This document shows, in pieces, positions 1 to 9,873 of a DNA stretch of 64,000 nt (position 1 is the stretch's first letter; each line of letters starts with the position of its first letter). The stretch is from a virus. The position numbers were made by a program, and so were the translations under genes. Under the pieces are notes generated by a model. The model was given only the letters and a program-made list of their open reading frames with translations, searched no databases and had not been told where the DNA came from. The stretch covers positions 25,530-89,529 of IMG/VR virus record IMGVR_UViG_3300036770_003326; one strand, 5' to 3'.

Positions 1-529
1 TTACAAAAACCCCTCTACCTAACCCAATAGAATTAGTAAATGTTCCTTGAGTAAAACCATCACCAATTATTGTATTTCCATTTCCTTGTAGAATAGCACC
101 ACTTCCTCTACCAATAACAACACAGTTTGAACTTGTTGTTGATAATGAAGCTACATTATAACCCAAAAATATTCCTTGATTTGTATTATTTGTACCTGTT
201 AAATAAGCTGCATGTCTAAATGGTACTGATTGTATCCATTCAGAACCATCTCCTCTAAATGATACTAAATCAGCTGTATCAGCACTGTTTCTAACTCTAA
301 AAGCCACATCTGTTGACAAAGCTCCTTGAGCTCTTACATCAAGTCTAACATTTGAAGCTGGCGTTGCACCTACTCCTAATCTCTTATTAGTGTTATCCCA
401 AAAGAATGCAGAATCTTGCTGAACTACTCCACCTGCTTGAAAGAATACTCTACCATCTGTTCCTGATGTTACAGCTGTTGTTCCTACTGTAATATCTGAT
501 GAAGGTGCTATATTTATTCCTGTACTCAT
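1..529 (-). CDS. Tail fibre/spike-like protein, 3'-partial (runs off window start)
   Basis: Not in the ORF track. ATG at 529-527 reads MSTGINIAPSSDITVGTTAVTSGTDGRVFFQAGGVVQQDSAFFWDNTNKRLGVGATP; the FFWDNTNKRLGVG motif is typical of tail fibre proteins. Confidence 0.65.
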   Translation of the reverse strand, partial: MSTGINIAPSSDITVGTTAVTSGTDGRVFFQAGGVVQQDSAFFWDNTNKRLGVGATPASNVRLDVRAQGALSTDVAFRVRNSADTADLVSFRGDGSEWIQSVPFRHAAYLTGTNNTNQGIFLGYNVASLSTTSSNCVVIGRGSGAILQGNGNTIIGDGFTQGTFTNSIGLGRGVFV

Positions 530-530
530 C

Positions 531-1088
531 TTAATATATTTTTGTTAAAATAAATGTTTCACTATAAATGCTATTTCCTAAATCTGCTGTAGCCCATTCT
601 GCTGTTATATCTAATGTGTTGCTTATAGTAGTGTCAAAAGTAGTGTTGTTTACCGTAGTAAATCCAAATCCTTGTAAACTAGCATTACTTGTTTTTAAAT
701 AAGTAAATCTTCCTGATGCTGATATTTCTGCAACACCTGCTGTTCCTATTTGCCTAATAGTAAAATAAATACTTAATGTCCATACATCATTTATTACACT
801 ACTACCTAAGTCTTGTAGTCCGCTATCTAGTAAAACAACTGAACCAGATTTTATCCTTATAGTTATATCCTCATTGTTTACAGCATTCATGATACCACTC
901 ATCTCTGCTTTAAAACTATCTCCTACTTTAAAGAAATTAGCAGGTACAGATAAACCACCTACTCCACCATCTATTAATGTTGTTTCAGTAGTAGTATTGG
1001 TAATAGAAGTACTATTTGCTGTCTGAGCAAATAAACCTCCTATAATAGTGAAAGAGTTAGCATTTAATATGTTTATCTGTGTACTCAT
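531..1088 (-). CDS. Putative virion/tail-associated protein
   Basis: 185 aa, T/S/G-rich beta-type composition, within tail gene cluster. Confidence 0.5.
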   Translation of the reverse strand: MSTQINILNANSFTIIGGLFAQTANSTSITNTTTETTLIDGGVGGLSVPANFFKVGDSFKAEMSGIMNAVNNEDITIRIKSGSVVLLDSGLQDLGSSVINDVWTLSIYFTIRQIGTAGVAEISASGRFTYLKTSNASLQGFGFTTVNNTTFDTTISNTLDITAEWATADLGNSIYSETFILTKIY

Positions 1089-1315
1089 TCTTCTGTTGTT
1101 ACTTCAAATTGTGTTGGTTCTCCTAATATTACTCTAATTGACTCATCAAAGACAATATACCAAAATATAGGTGTATCAAGTTCTGCTGTTTCATAGTCAA
1201 CCCAATATTGAGTGACATCATCAGGTTTAACAGGTAAGCCATAATAATCAGCACATTGTTTACGTGCGTTTATTGCCTCTTGTTCATTCGTGTATTTGTA
1301 GCCATCAATAAGCAT
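1085..1315 (-). CDS. Hypothetical protein (possible tail fibre accessory)
   Basis: 76-aa ORF overlapping both neighbours (translational coupling). Confidence 0.55.
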   Translation of the reverse strand: MLIDGYKYTNEQEAINARKQCADYYGLPVKPDDVTQYWVDYETAELDTPIFWYIVFDESIRVILGEPTQFEVTTEE

Positions 1316-2156
1316 CCCAATAAGTATTTATGTTATCTTCTATTCCTGTTCTATTTGCACTTTGTTCTGAATCCCAGTATATGTATTCTTGGTATTGACC
1401 TGAAGTGTATTGATTTGTTGAAACTTGACCAAATGTAGTAAGTGTTACAGCAACAGGTGCTTGTGTTGCTGTATTTGTTAATTGAACCCCATTACGATAA
1501 GCAACTTTTAAATCTGCAGAATCTCTTAATGAAGTCATAATACATCTTCCTGTCGTAGATATATTATCATAACTTAATAAAGTTGACATATAACTAACAA
1601 CTTGATATGAAGCTGCTGAATTTCTCCACCATAAAACACAAGGGGCATTCCCTGTTGAATTACCTAAATGAATCAAATTGTCTGTTGTTGTAGCACCCCT
1701 TCTCCACATTGAAACAGATAAGTATTTTGTGTTTGTACTTATTCCACTTGTTAACGCATATCTATCAGAAGCCCAAGTTGTTGTTATTTTACTTGTATCA
1801 GCATCCAAAATTAAACTACCACTTGAAACAATTTGACATTGGTTAGCTGCTGTTGCCTGTGTTGAATTATTAGCATTACCGCTTTGGTCGTACCAAGTTG
1901 TTATAAATCCATTACCAGCACCACAAAATGTAAGCAAAGATGCCGTATCTAAATTACCACCTACAAAGTTAATATCCTGCTCTGCATTATCACTTGAACG
2001 TCTTACTCTTATTGCTGCCCCTGTGTATGCTGTTCTTAATTGTCTTAATGAATAAGCAACCGCTGCTCCTGTATAGGTGTCAAGTAGTAAAGGACTAGCT
2101 GGAGGAGCTAGTGAAGCTAAATAAATACCAGTATTTCCGCCTAAGATAACAGGCAT
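1305..2156 (-). CDS. Tail-associated lectin/LamG-like protein (arabinofuranosidase-B catalytic-like N-terminus)
   Basis: Motifs AYSLRQL..YTGAAIRVRRSSDNAEQDI and TWYDQSGN, typical of ConA-like phage receptor-binding proteins. Confidence 0.6.
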   Translation of the reverse strand: MPVILGGNTGIYLASLAPPASPLLLDTYTGAAVAYSLRQLRTAYTGAAIRVRRSSDNAEQDINFVGGNLDTASLLTFCGAGNGFITTWYDQSGNANNSTQATAANQCQIVSSGSLILDADTSKITTTWASDRYALTSGISTNTKYLSVSMWRRGATTTDNLIHLGNSTGNAPCVLWWRNSAASYQVVSYMSTLLSYDNISTTGRCIMTSLRDSADLKVAYRNGVQLTNTATQAPVAVTLTTFGQVSTNQYTSGQYQEYIYWDSEQSANRTGIEDNINTYWDAY

Positions 2157-2158
2157 GA

Positions 2159-2578
2159 TTAATAAACAAAAATGATTATAAACTCAGTTCCTGTTGCATC
2201 ATAAGCAAAGGAAGTAAAGTAATTGTTTACAGCATCAGCAGAGAAGTTTAATACTTCTCCTGGTTTAATTGTAGTACCACTTAGTACAGTTCCATTAGCA
2301 GCACCTACGTTAGCTACAGATACAGAATAGAAAGTGGCAGCAGAAGAACTAACATTACCAGAAGCAGTAGGTCTAATGATACCAGGAGTTCTAGCTATCC
2401 CTAATTGATCACTAGCCAAAGTAACAGCTACTGAATCTTGCATTAATTGCTGTCCAATAGGAGATACTATATTTGCATCAATTGTATCGTTTACTTTGAC
2501 TAATAATTCTTGTTGTCCTGTAACAAATGCGGAGGTATTATTAGGACCCCCTTTTATAACGACTTCTCTTTGTGACAT
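2159..2578 (-). CDS. Putative structural protein
   Basis: 139-aa ORF in structural operon. Confidence 0.5.
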   Translation of the reverse strand: MSQREVVIKGGPNNTSAFVTGQQELLVKVNDTIDANIVSPIGQQLMQDSVAVTLASDQLGIARTPGIIRPTASGNVSSSAATFYSVSVANVGAANGTVLSGTTIKPGEVLNFSADAVNNYFTSFAYDATGTEFIIIFVY

Positions 2579-2601
2579 TGTTTTAAATTTTATCTAAATT
2601 A

Positions 2602-3795
2602 CTATTTATTTATTAATTTTTTTATTGTATTATACTCTAAATTATTATATAATACAGTATTTTCTTCTATATCTCTAGAATCGTAGCAGTTTAAAATTTC
2701 TAAAACTCTTCTTTGTAGTTTTAAATTTTCTAAAGCATGACAATCTACGTTACCAAACATTAGCCCATGAATATAATCTAATACACATTTAGAAAACTCA
2801 CATTGTTTTTCCCATACTAATAATTCAAAACAATTATTTTCTACAGGAGGACATATTCTCAAACATAAGTCTCCTGTTATTTCATAAGTTTCTGTACTAT
2901 ATCTAGTAGTTTCTCCTTCAAATTTTGAAAAGAAAGTTCCTGTAGGAACATCAGTAGATGGATCGAAATTAAATCCTTGATAGGTTCCGCTTGCTACATC
3001 TTGTAATATCCAACATGATATTCCAAAAGGAGCTTCTGCAGCTACAGGTGCTGGAGCCCAATAAATAGTAGAAAATGCTCCAATAAAATTATTATAGAAA
3101 GTAAAAGATTTTCTATTATTTACTGTAGTATAATCCCATACTATTTGGTTATCCAAACTTCCTAATACTAAGAAATTTAAACCTTGATATTCTATTATAG
3201 TATTAGTAGCAGCATCTCTAAGTATAACTCCTAAAAAACTTCTATTAGGACCAGGTTGTGTATATAAAGTGCTATTATCGTTAGATATATATACAACTGA
3301 TTGTATAATAGGTTGTTGATATTGAGCTATTGGAAAAGGCGATGTAAGAGAATCTAAATAAATTCCTGGTGCAATGTATTCTTCTATTGCAGGATCTAAT
3401 TTAAAAACATAATTTCCTAAAGTTCCAGGAAGTCCTAAAGTATCTTCATTAGACCAAGGAGAACATACTTGTCCTAAAATAAATTCTCCCGTAGTTAAAT
3501 TTACTATATATTTAGTAGTTAGTTTCCAATCTCCTTCAGGACAAGAACTAGAAATATCTAAAGTTCCTACTTCTTGAGGGTCATAACCAGGAATAGTTTC
3601 AACTAAACTCCAATAAAAAACTTTTCCTTCTATAAAAAGTATTGTATAATCTACAAGTACAGGTTCTCCACCAGGATTAGTATCTATAGAAAAACTATAA
3701 TTATAATTTACTCCGTTAAATACTCCTTCAACTATTATTACAGTTGGACTTTCTGCTCCAGTTAATAAATATGATATTTGTATAGTAGGACACAT
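2602..3795 (-). CDS. Putative structural protein with Cys-rich helical C-terminus
   Basis: 397-aa ORF, coupled to upstream gene (TAATG overlap). Confidence 0.5.
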   Translation of the reverse strand: MCPTIQISYLLTGAESPTVIIVEGVFNGVNYNYSFSIDTNPGGEPVLVDYTILFIEGKVFYWSLVETIPGYDPQEVGTLDISSSCPEGDWKLTTKYIVNLTTGEFILGQVCSPWSNEDTLGLPGTLGNYVFKLDPAIEEYIAPGIYLDSLTSPFPIAQYQQPIIQSVVYISNDNSTLYTQPGPNRSFLGVILRDAATNTIIEYQGLNFLVLGSLDNQIVWDYTTVNNRKSFTFYNNFIGAFSTIYWAPAPVAAEAPFGISCWILQDVASGTYQGFNFDPSTDVPTGTFFSKFEGETTRYSTETYEITGDLCLRICPPVENNCFELLVWEKQCEFSKCVLDYIHGLMFGNVDCHALENLKLQRRVLEILNCYDSRDIEENTVLYNNLEYNTIKKLINK

Positions 3796-4259
3796 TAAGC
3801 TATTATAACAATTCTAACAAAAACGTTTAATCCTGTTCCTCCTAAATTTACTGTTAAATCTCCTGAAATAGTATCTATAGATGTATTAGCATTATTTGCT
3901 AGTATCCAAGAATTTCCTGGAGTAGGAGGTTCATTTGTTCTAAACCAAACTTGTACATGAAAATCTCCAAAAGGTGTTGCACTTGTTTCTCCTAGAAAGC
4001 ATCCTGAAGGCAAAGTTCCGCAAGATGTTAATAGTGCATTACTAATTACAAAATCGGTATCATCTGCTCCACTACTTTCTAATACAGCTTTAAATGTTCC
4101 TTCTCCTGGAGCACCTGTAAAATCAGGTGTAGTAAAAGTAGAACCATTAGTTAAAAATATAGTAAAGGTACCGTCATTATTATTAGTAATAACTTGTATT
4201 CCTACACCGTCACTGCCTTTAAAAAGCGTAACATCTTTGCAATCTTTACATCCACACAT
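3795..4259 (-). CDS. Putative structural protein
   Basis: 154 aa; GSDGVGIQ..NNDGTFTIFLTNGSTFTTP motif seen in fibre proteins. Confidence 0.5.
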   Translation of the reverse strand: MCGCKDCKDVTLFKGSDGVGIQVITNNNDGTFTIFLTNGSTFTTPDFTGAPGEGTFKAVLESSGADDTDFVISNALLTSCGTLPSGCFLGETSATPFGDFHVQVWFRTNEPPTPGNSWILANNANTSIDTISGDLTVNLGGTGLNVFVRIVIIA

Positions 4260-4263
4260 AGTA

Positions 4264-5103
4264 TTAACAATTTTTTCCGCAGCCGCATCCTATACAGCCT
4301 AGAATAGTTTCACAAAAAGTTGTTGCTGCTGTTATTATTGCATCTGCTGTATCAAAATCTCCGCAAGCAAATGCTGTTTTAATTCCGTAGATAAACATTT
4401 CCATTTGATCTACTTGTTCTTTTAATTTTTTTGTAGCAATCATATCGCAAGCTTCAACTAGTTTTACTACTAGATTGTCTTTACAATTGCATAAATTGCA
4501 TATAAATAAAACATGTTGTTTTTCATTAGTATATGAATTACCGTCAGTGTCTATAATATTATATACTAATTGATAAATTCCGTCTGGATTAGACCATGAA
4601 GCTTCTGATATTGCTAAAAAACTTCCTGGAGTTGGAGCTGAAACTACGCCAGAATAAACATCTGTAGTTCCATCATACATAATGTAATTAGATGTAAGAA
4701 CTGTTCCATAAATTGTAGTTCCTGCAGGAATTACTTGTGGAATGTTTATTTCGTAAGTTCCTCCATCATTACTTCCTGTACCTGTAATTACATCTGTAAT
4801 TACTGTTCCAGGAGCTATGCCTGTACCTATTAATGTTTGGCCTATAGCAAAAGAACCTGTAAAATGTGTAGTGTCAGTAAATGTTGTGCCTGAAATTTCT
4901 CCTGAACCTGAAGCAAGTATTCCAGGAGTCTGTTCTAAATTATAGAACTGTACATCTGCATAGGCAATTTGCGCTGTATCTATATTACCATTTCCCCATC
5001 CTGTCTCATTAGTGCATTCAACATAAGGACCAGTTTCTTCAGTTAAACTGATTTTGTTACATTTATTATTTAAACTAGCTGATATTTTTGGAAGAAGAGC
5101 CAT
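4264..5103 (-). CDS. crAss-like structural protein (capsid/neck module)
   Basis: 279 aa; syntenic position downstream of MCP block; Cys-rich C-terminus. Confidence 0.5.
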   Translation of the reverse strand: MALLPKISASLNNKCNKISLTEETGPYVECTNETGWGNGNIDTAQIAYADVQFYNLEQTPGILASGSGEISGTTFTDTTHFTGSFAIGQTLIGTGIAPGTVITDVITGTGSNDGGTYEINIPQVIPAGTTIYGTVLTSNYIMYDGTTDVYSGVVSAPTPGSFLAISEASWSNPDGIYQLVYNIIDTDGNSYTNEKQHVLFICNLCNCKDNLVVKLVEACDMIATKKLKEQVDQMEMFIYGIKTAFACGDFDTADAIITAATTFCETILGCIGCGCGKNC

Positions 5104-5134
5104 AATTATTTATTTCAAAAATACTTAAAAATAT

Positions 5135-5184
5135 AGTAGCCCGCCATAGAATAGACAGCAAATTTTTTCTATGACGGGACTACT
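5135..5184 (-). terminator. Intergenic hairpin (terminator/processing site)
   Basis: Arms agtagcccgccatagaa / ttctatgacgggactact; followed on minus strand by ATATTTTT. Confidence 0.55.
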
Positions 5185-5196
5185 TTGGGCGGAGAA

Positions 5197-6492
5197 TTAC
5201 TCGTTTAAGTCAGATGCAGTAACACCTAATGCCGTAGCAAGAGTTTCACCAGTGTTATCAGGAGTAGTTGCTAAAATTCCTGAACCTGCATTGTCTGCAA
5301 GGTTTAACCAAAGAATAGCACTTCCTTTACCACCAGCCATAGATACTAGACCTGAGATACCTTCTTCCCATGCAAGTGTAATTGCAGAGTACTTAGTAGT
5401 CAATGCTGTATTACCGCCTACACCAGGGATTTTAACTTCTTGATCACGGAAACGTGGAGGAACAGCCAACATATCGTTTTGTCCTTCATAACCGTAGCTC
5501 ATATACTCATCCATTGCAACTTGTTGCCACATACCGTTACCGTTACGTGCACCTTGTACATGTGTAACAAGAGTAGTAGAGTCAGAGAAAGTTACAGTGA
5601 ATCTGTTTGCGTAGTAATCTCTAAATGCATTAACATCAAATGGAGCTTGAGCACCTGTAAGTCTAACACCGAAATTAGCTGTAGCAGCAACAGCAGCTGT
5701 AATTCTTCTAACATTAGCAACAGCAATAGTAGCAGTTCCACCTTGGTAAGCCCAAGCTAATGTAATTGTATTTGGAGAATCTACTGCTTCTACTTTATAA
5801 ACAGCTGTAGTTGTAGAAGTACCACCTAGTTTAATAAAGTCACCTGCAGCTACGTTAGTTACAGTACCATCTAATGTAACTACTTTAGAATTATAAGTAA
5901 CTCCAAAATTAGCTACAGTACCTGTAATTGCAGCATCTGTTCCTGAAGAAATAATTTCAAAACGTAAGTAACCATTAGCTGGCTCGTCAGAGAAATTCTT
6001 AACTCCGTTTGTAGCTAACAATTCTGCTAGTTCTGCTTGAGTACCTGTAGCGTCAGTTTTAACTGGCCCTGCAAATAAACTCATAGGTTGAGAACGGTTA
6101 GCAGCATCGTTATCATTTTTACGGATTTTAATCCAGAAATCTGTGTTGTTAGCTACTGGAAGAGCTCCTGTTGTACCGTTATATCCTACTACAGTAACTT
6201 GTTGTACTGCTGGACGGAATTTAGCGATAGAAATTTTTACTTTTCCTTTAGTTAATACAGGAGTTTTCATTAAAGGATTTCCAACACCTTTACCTTGTAC
6301 AATAAAGAATTGCTCACCATCAGCTAAACCTGAAAGGGCGTTAATTCTTCTTAAACCTACATCAGTAAGTACTACAGCACCGATAGCTAGGTTAGCATCA
6401 GTAACAACTGTACCTACAGCAGGCAATCCAGTAGTTGCTTGATTTACATCACTCAAGATTACTGAAAACACATTGTTTGCTTTACGTAACAT
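5197..6492 (-). CDS. Abundant structural protein (auxiliary capsid protein-like)
   Basis: 431 aa, A/T/G/V-rich, syntenic with crAss-like capsid block. Confidence 0.55.
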   Translation of the reverse strand: MLRKANNVFSVILSDVNQATTGLPAVGTVVTDANLAIGAVVLTDVGLRRINALSGLADGEQFFIVQGKGVGNPLMKTPVLTKGKVKISIAKFRPAVQQVTVVGYNGTTGALPVANNTDFWIKIRKNDNDAANRSQPMSLFAGPVKTDATGTQAELAELLATNGVKNFSDEPANGYLRFEIISSGTDAAITGTVANFGVTYNSKVVTLDGTVTNVAAGDFIKLGGTSTTTAVYKVEAVDSPNTITLAWAYQGGTATIAVANVRRITAAVAATANFGVRLTGAQAPFDVNAFRDYYANRFTVTFSDSTTLVTHVQGARNGNGMWQQVAMDEYMSYGYEGQNDMLAVPPRFRDQEVKIPGVGGNTALTTKYSAITLAWEEGISGLVSMAGGKGSAILWLNLADNAGSGILATTPDNTGETLATALGVTASDLNE

Positions 6493-6524
6493 TTTATTTT
6501 AATTTAAAGTTAATATTTAATAAT

Positions 6525-7289
6525 TTATTCTAAATCTTTAAAGCCTTCTATTATAGGGACTTTTTGATCTTTTGTTCTTTGCATCATTAAATCTGTTGCT
6601 ATATCTACTACTACTACATGAGTGGAAGTATCTAATTCACAGTTTCTCTGATTTGCAGGAGTATCTCTGTCTACTACTATGTCTTGTGGATTTTTAAGAT
6701 AACGCATATAATAATTTGTTATGTTAAAAGTTCCGTCTGTAAATAGTTCGTGGCGTTTTGAAGTAGCTGGGTTACTAGGATTTATTCCTGTAACTTCTCT
6801 TTCATATTCAGAACGCCATACTCTACAATCACCATTCTCTTTATAAAAAGGTCTTTTGTATTTACTCCAATTAAACCTTTGCATTTCGTTATGGGCGATA
6901 GGTACTATATACCCTACAATAAATTTATCTGTTCCACATTCTTTTTTATCTATTACGCATTCTTCATATATAGTATACATATGATCGGATGGTAAATCAA
7001 AGAACTTTCCTACTACATTATTATTCACAATCACGCCTGCTTGTGAAGCTGAAACTGTTAGAGCGTTGGCATTTTTAATTAATGCCGCTAATCCTTGGTT
7101 TCTTATTTCAATTTCTTGGAAGCCTTTTTGTTTTCTATTGTTGACTTCATCAAAAAACTTTTTTACATATAACTGCTGGGCTTCTGTTAATACGGAAGAT
7201 AAATCAAAATCTTCGTATCCTGGGGAACCAAAACTAGAAACTCTATCTAGTTTTTCTTCCAACAAATCTGCCATTTGGTTTGCAGTCAT
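6525..7289 (-). CDS. Head-tail ring/adaptor-like protein
   Basis: 254 aa; LTEAQ..YVK N-terminus and Y.MRYLKNP...CEL...H..VVDIA C-terminus resemble crAss ring proteins. Confidence 0.55.
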   Translation of the reverse strand: MTANQMADLLEEKLDRVSSFGSPGYEDFDLSSVLTEAQQLYVKKFFDEVNNRKQKGFQEIEIRNQGLAALIKNANALTVSASQAGVIVNNNVVGKFFDLPSDHMYTIYEECVIDKKECGTDKFIVGYIVPIAHNEMQRFNWSKYKRPFYKENGDCRVWRSEYEREVTGINPSNPATSKRHELFTDGTFNITNYYMRYLKNPQDIVVDRDTPANQRNCELDTSTHVVVVDIATDLMMQRTKDQKVPIIEGFKDLE

Positions 7290-7290
7290 T

Positions 7291-8229
7291 TTATGCTCGT
7301 TTTGTTAATTCAATTTTAGCTTTAATTCTTAATTTAACTTCTTGGTTTTCAGGATCAGTAAGATAATTAATTGTATCTGTTAAATCACCTAATTCCACTC
7401 CGTTATCTAATACATATCGCTTTTCACCTTTGCGTATAATAGCTCCTGCTTCAATTGCCTCCTGTACAAAAATTCTATCATTGTACTGAGGATGATTAAC
7501 TATTTCTAAGAAATACTTAGGGTTATTATCTACCACATTAAGTACTTCTCCTTTTAGCCAATCTTCTGTAGCTGATGCAGGAATTGTTCTACCTAAAGAT
7601 TTAATAAATCCAATGATTGCTTTTTTGCTGTTTGTAATTTCTGCAAACTTAACAAATGCTTGAGCTTTAATATTTGCTTCTTCTAATTTTTGAGAAGTAA
7701 CTTTAGACTCATCTACAACCATGAATTCATATGTAGCTTTTAAATTACGTTCATCATATGATGGACATATTAAAAGTTTATTTGACATTAATATCAAATA
7801 TTTCAACATATCTAAAGGATGATTTAAATTTAGAGTAGTTCCTTCTTTTGTAAGTATTACTCTACCTCTTCTATCACTTCTCCAGAAATTTTTTTCTGTT
7901 TGAAGTGTAGGATTTAAATCAACTCCTAATTCTTTTTCAAAGAACTCTTTTTGTGTCATCCCGTTAGGGAAGCTCTCCATGTATTTTTGGATTTTAACTC
8001 TACGTTGGTCATCCAAAATTACTTTTACTCCTCCTCCTTTAATTTCGCTATTAAGTGGAACTTGATAGCTACGTTTTGTTTTGTTGTACATGAAAGGATC
8101 TTTTTTTCTATCCTGTCCTGCTACTAATAAAGTACTCCATTTTCCAGAAGATTCTACAGGTTTAATACTGATTATTCTATCTTGTAAAAATGTTCCGTAA
8201 ATTACTTTTTCTTTTTCTTTTGTTTCCAT
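7291..8229 (-). CDS. Conserved crAss-like protein downstream of MCP (gene 75-like)
   Basis: 312 aa; synteny with the crAss capsid module. Confidence 0.55.
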   Translation of the reverse strand: METKEKEKVIYGTFLQDRIISIKPVESSGKWSTLLVAGQDRKKDPFMYNKTKRSYQVPLNSEIKGGGVKVILDDQRRVKIQKYMESFPNGMTQKEFFEKELGVDLNPTLQTEKNFWRSDRRGRVILTKEGTTLNLNHPLDMLKYLILMSNKLLICPSYDERNLKATYEFMVVDESKVTSQKLEEANIKAQAFVKFAEITNSKKAIIGFIKSLGRTIPASATEDWLKGEVLNVVDNNPKYFLEIVNHPQYNDRIFVQEAIEAGAIIRKGEKRYVLDNGVELGDLTDTINYLTDPENQEVKLRIKAKIELTKRA

Positions 8230-8271
8230 TTTGCTGTCTTTAATTTTAATTTTCTCCGTTGTTTACTAAAA

Positions 8272-8306
8272 CGCTCTCCCCAGGCTTTCACCTCTGGGGA
8301 TGAGCG
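8272..8306 (-). terminator. Hairpin terminator after MCP
   Basis: cgctc-tccccag / ctgggga-t-gagcg stem followed by TTTT on minus strand. Confidence 0.6.
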
Positions 8307-8322
8307 ATTCTAGTTTGGTTTA

Positions 8323-9834
8323 TCATCTTTCAACCAAAAGTCGTAAGTCAACAACTTTAGTTGGGTCTTCAATCATCATTCCACCCCATTTTTGGAAATG
8401 TACTTCATAACCATCTACACGAGAAGCTACCATTTTAGGTGAACCTTTTCCTGCAGGAGAGAAAGGATCTCTCATACCTGGGATATAAGCCCAATTGTAT
8501 TCAGGAACTCCTTTTGGTTTAACTCGGTAAATACCTGCGTTATCTCCGTAGTCAAGAGCAAGGATTCTGTGAGATTCTACAATACCTTTTCCATCTGGGT
8601 GTCTTTGTGGAAAGTAAACATCATCATCAAAGAAATCTAGGATTTCTACCATGATAGTTACTCCGTTATACCACTCATAAACATTCCATTGTGGCTCCAT
8701 TAAACCTTTAGTGTTTTTACCACCTAAGTTTCCTGGATTAGTATTAGAAGTCAAGAATTTATCAGAGATAACTGTAAATTTACCTGAACCTGATTTAGCA
8801 TTGATTTGCTTAGAAATCTCGATAGCACCAAATTCACCTGTTAACAAGTGGATAGTACGTTTTCCACGCTCTAATTTACCAACACCCATATCCAACAATA
8901 ATTCTAAATGCCAATCAAGGTCATAAGTATTATAGTAGTGTACGTTAGAAGGAGCGATTTGCTCAAAGAAACCAGAACCAGATTCGATAGCATATTTAGT
9001 CTTATCATCTTTGTTCAAGTACTTGTGGTCAGCTGTCCAGTTTTTCTTACCGTATACAAGCATTCTTGCAAACATTTCTTCACATTGGTGATGAGCAACT
9101 AAATCTTGGTAGTTAATCCAAATAGACTCAGTTTGTCCTTTGTAATTAAATCCAAATTCTAATGGCTCGTTTTTACCTTTGTTAATAGTATTACCTGCTA
9201 CTTCATATTCCATTCTCATAGTTGCAGGACGGTTTTCCATTCTCCAAGGAGAAGTGAAATACGGCTTAGAACCTTGGTAAGAAAGAGTTGAAGGAGAAAG
9301 TGAATAATACTTAGACCAACGAGTACCGATAGCAAGCTCTTCAGATGGTACAGATTTAGTAGCATTGTCTGTTACTAATTCTACTTCGTATTTATAACGA
9401 GAACCAGCATCCATAGCTTTTTTAACTAATAGATGATAATCATCAACTTCTCCACGAAGAACGTTAGTTTCTTCAAATAGAGGTTCGTCAAAGATTAAGT
9501 AAAAACGCTCACCGTTAGCACCTACGTTAGCAGGGAAAGTACCTGCAGAAATAGTAAGGCCGTTGATTGTTTCAGCATCAACTAGAGGTAGGTTTTTGTC
9601 ATGTTGTCCTTGCAACATCCAGTTGTAGAAACCATTTTCTTGTTCTACTTCTTTAACAGGAAAACGATCTACGAATTCACGAAGTTTACCTTGTAGATTA
9701 GTTTTGTAGATTTGTTTAATCACATTGCTAATCAATTGTGGTTTTTGTTGGTACAATGAGTAAAAGTGATTATCAGTCACTAACCCGTTGTAATCTTTAG
9801 CTTCGTACTTTTGTAATGGAAGTAATTGAGCCAT
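8323..9834 (-). CDS. Major capsid protein (crAss-like)
   Basis: 503 aa; gene order TerL-portal-gene77-MCP; C-terminal YIPGMRDPF...DGYEVH..GMMIEDP resembles crAss-family MCPs; followed by a terminator. Confidence 0.85.
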   Translation of the reverse strand: MAQLLPLQKYEAKDYNGLVTDNHFYSLYQQKPQLISNVIKQIYKTNLQGKLREFVDRFPVKEVEQENGFYNWMLQGQHDKNLPLVDAETINGLTISAGTFPANVGANGERFYLIFDEPLFEETNVLRGEVDDYHLLVKKAMDAGSRYKYEVELVTDNATKSVPSEELAIGTRWSKYYSLSPSTLSYQGSKPYFTSPWRMENRPATMRMEYEVAGNTINKGKNEPLEFGFNYKGQTESIWINYQDLVAHHQCEEMFARMLVYGKKNWTADHKYLNKDDKTKYAIESGSGFFEQIAPSNVHYYNTYDLDWHLELLLDMGVGKLERGKRTIHLLTGEFGAIEISKQINAKSGSGKFTVISDKFLTSNTNPGNLGGKNTKGLMEPQWNVYEWYNGVTIMVEILDFFDDDVYFPQRHPDGKGIVESHRILALDYGDNAGIYRVKPKGVPEYNWAYIPGMRDPFSPAGKGSPKMVASRVDGYEVHFQKWGGMMIEDPTKVVDLRLLVER

Positions 9835-9873
9835 TGTTTTTTAATTTTTAAATTGTTAAACGGTATAAATTAA

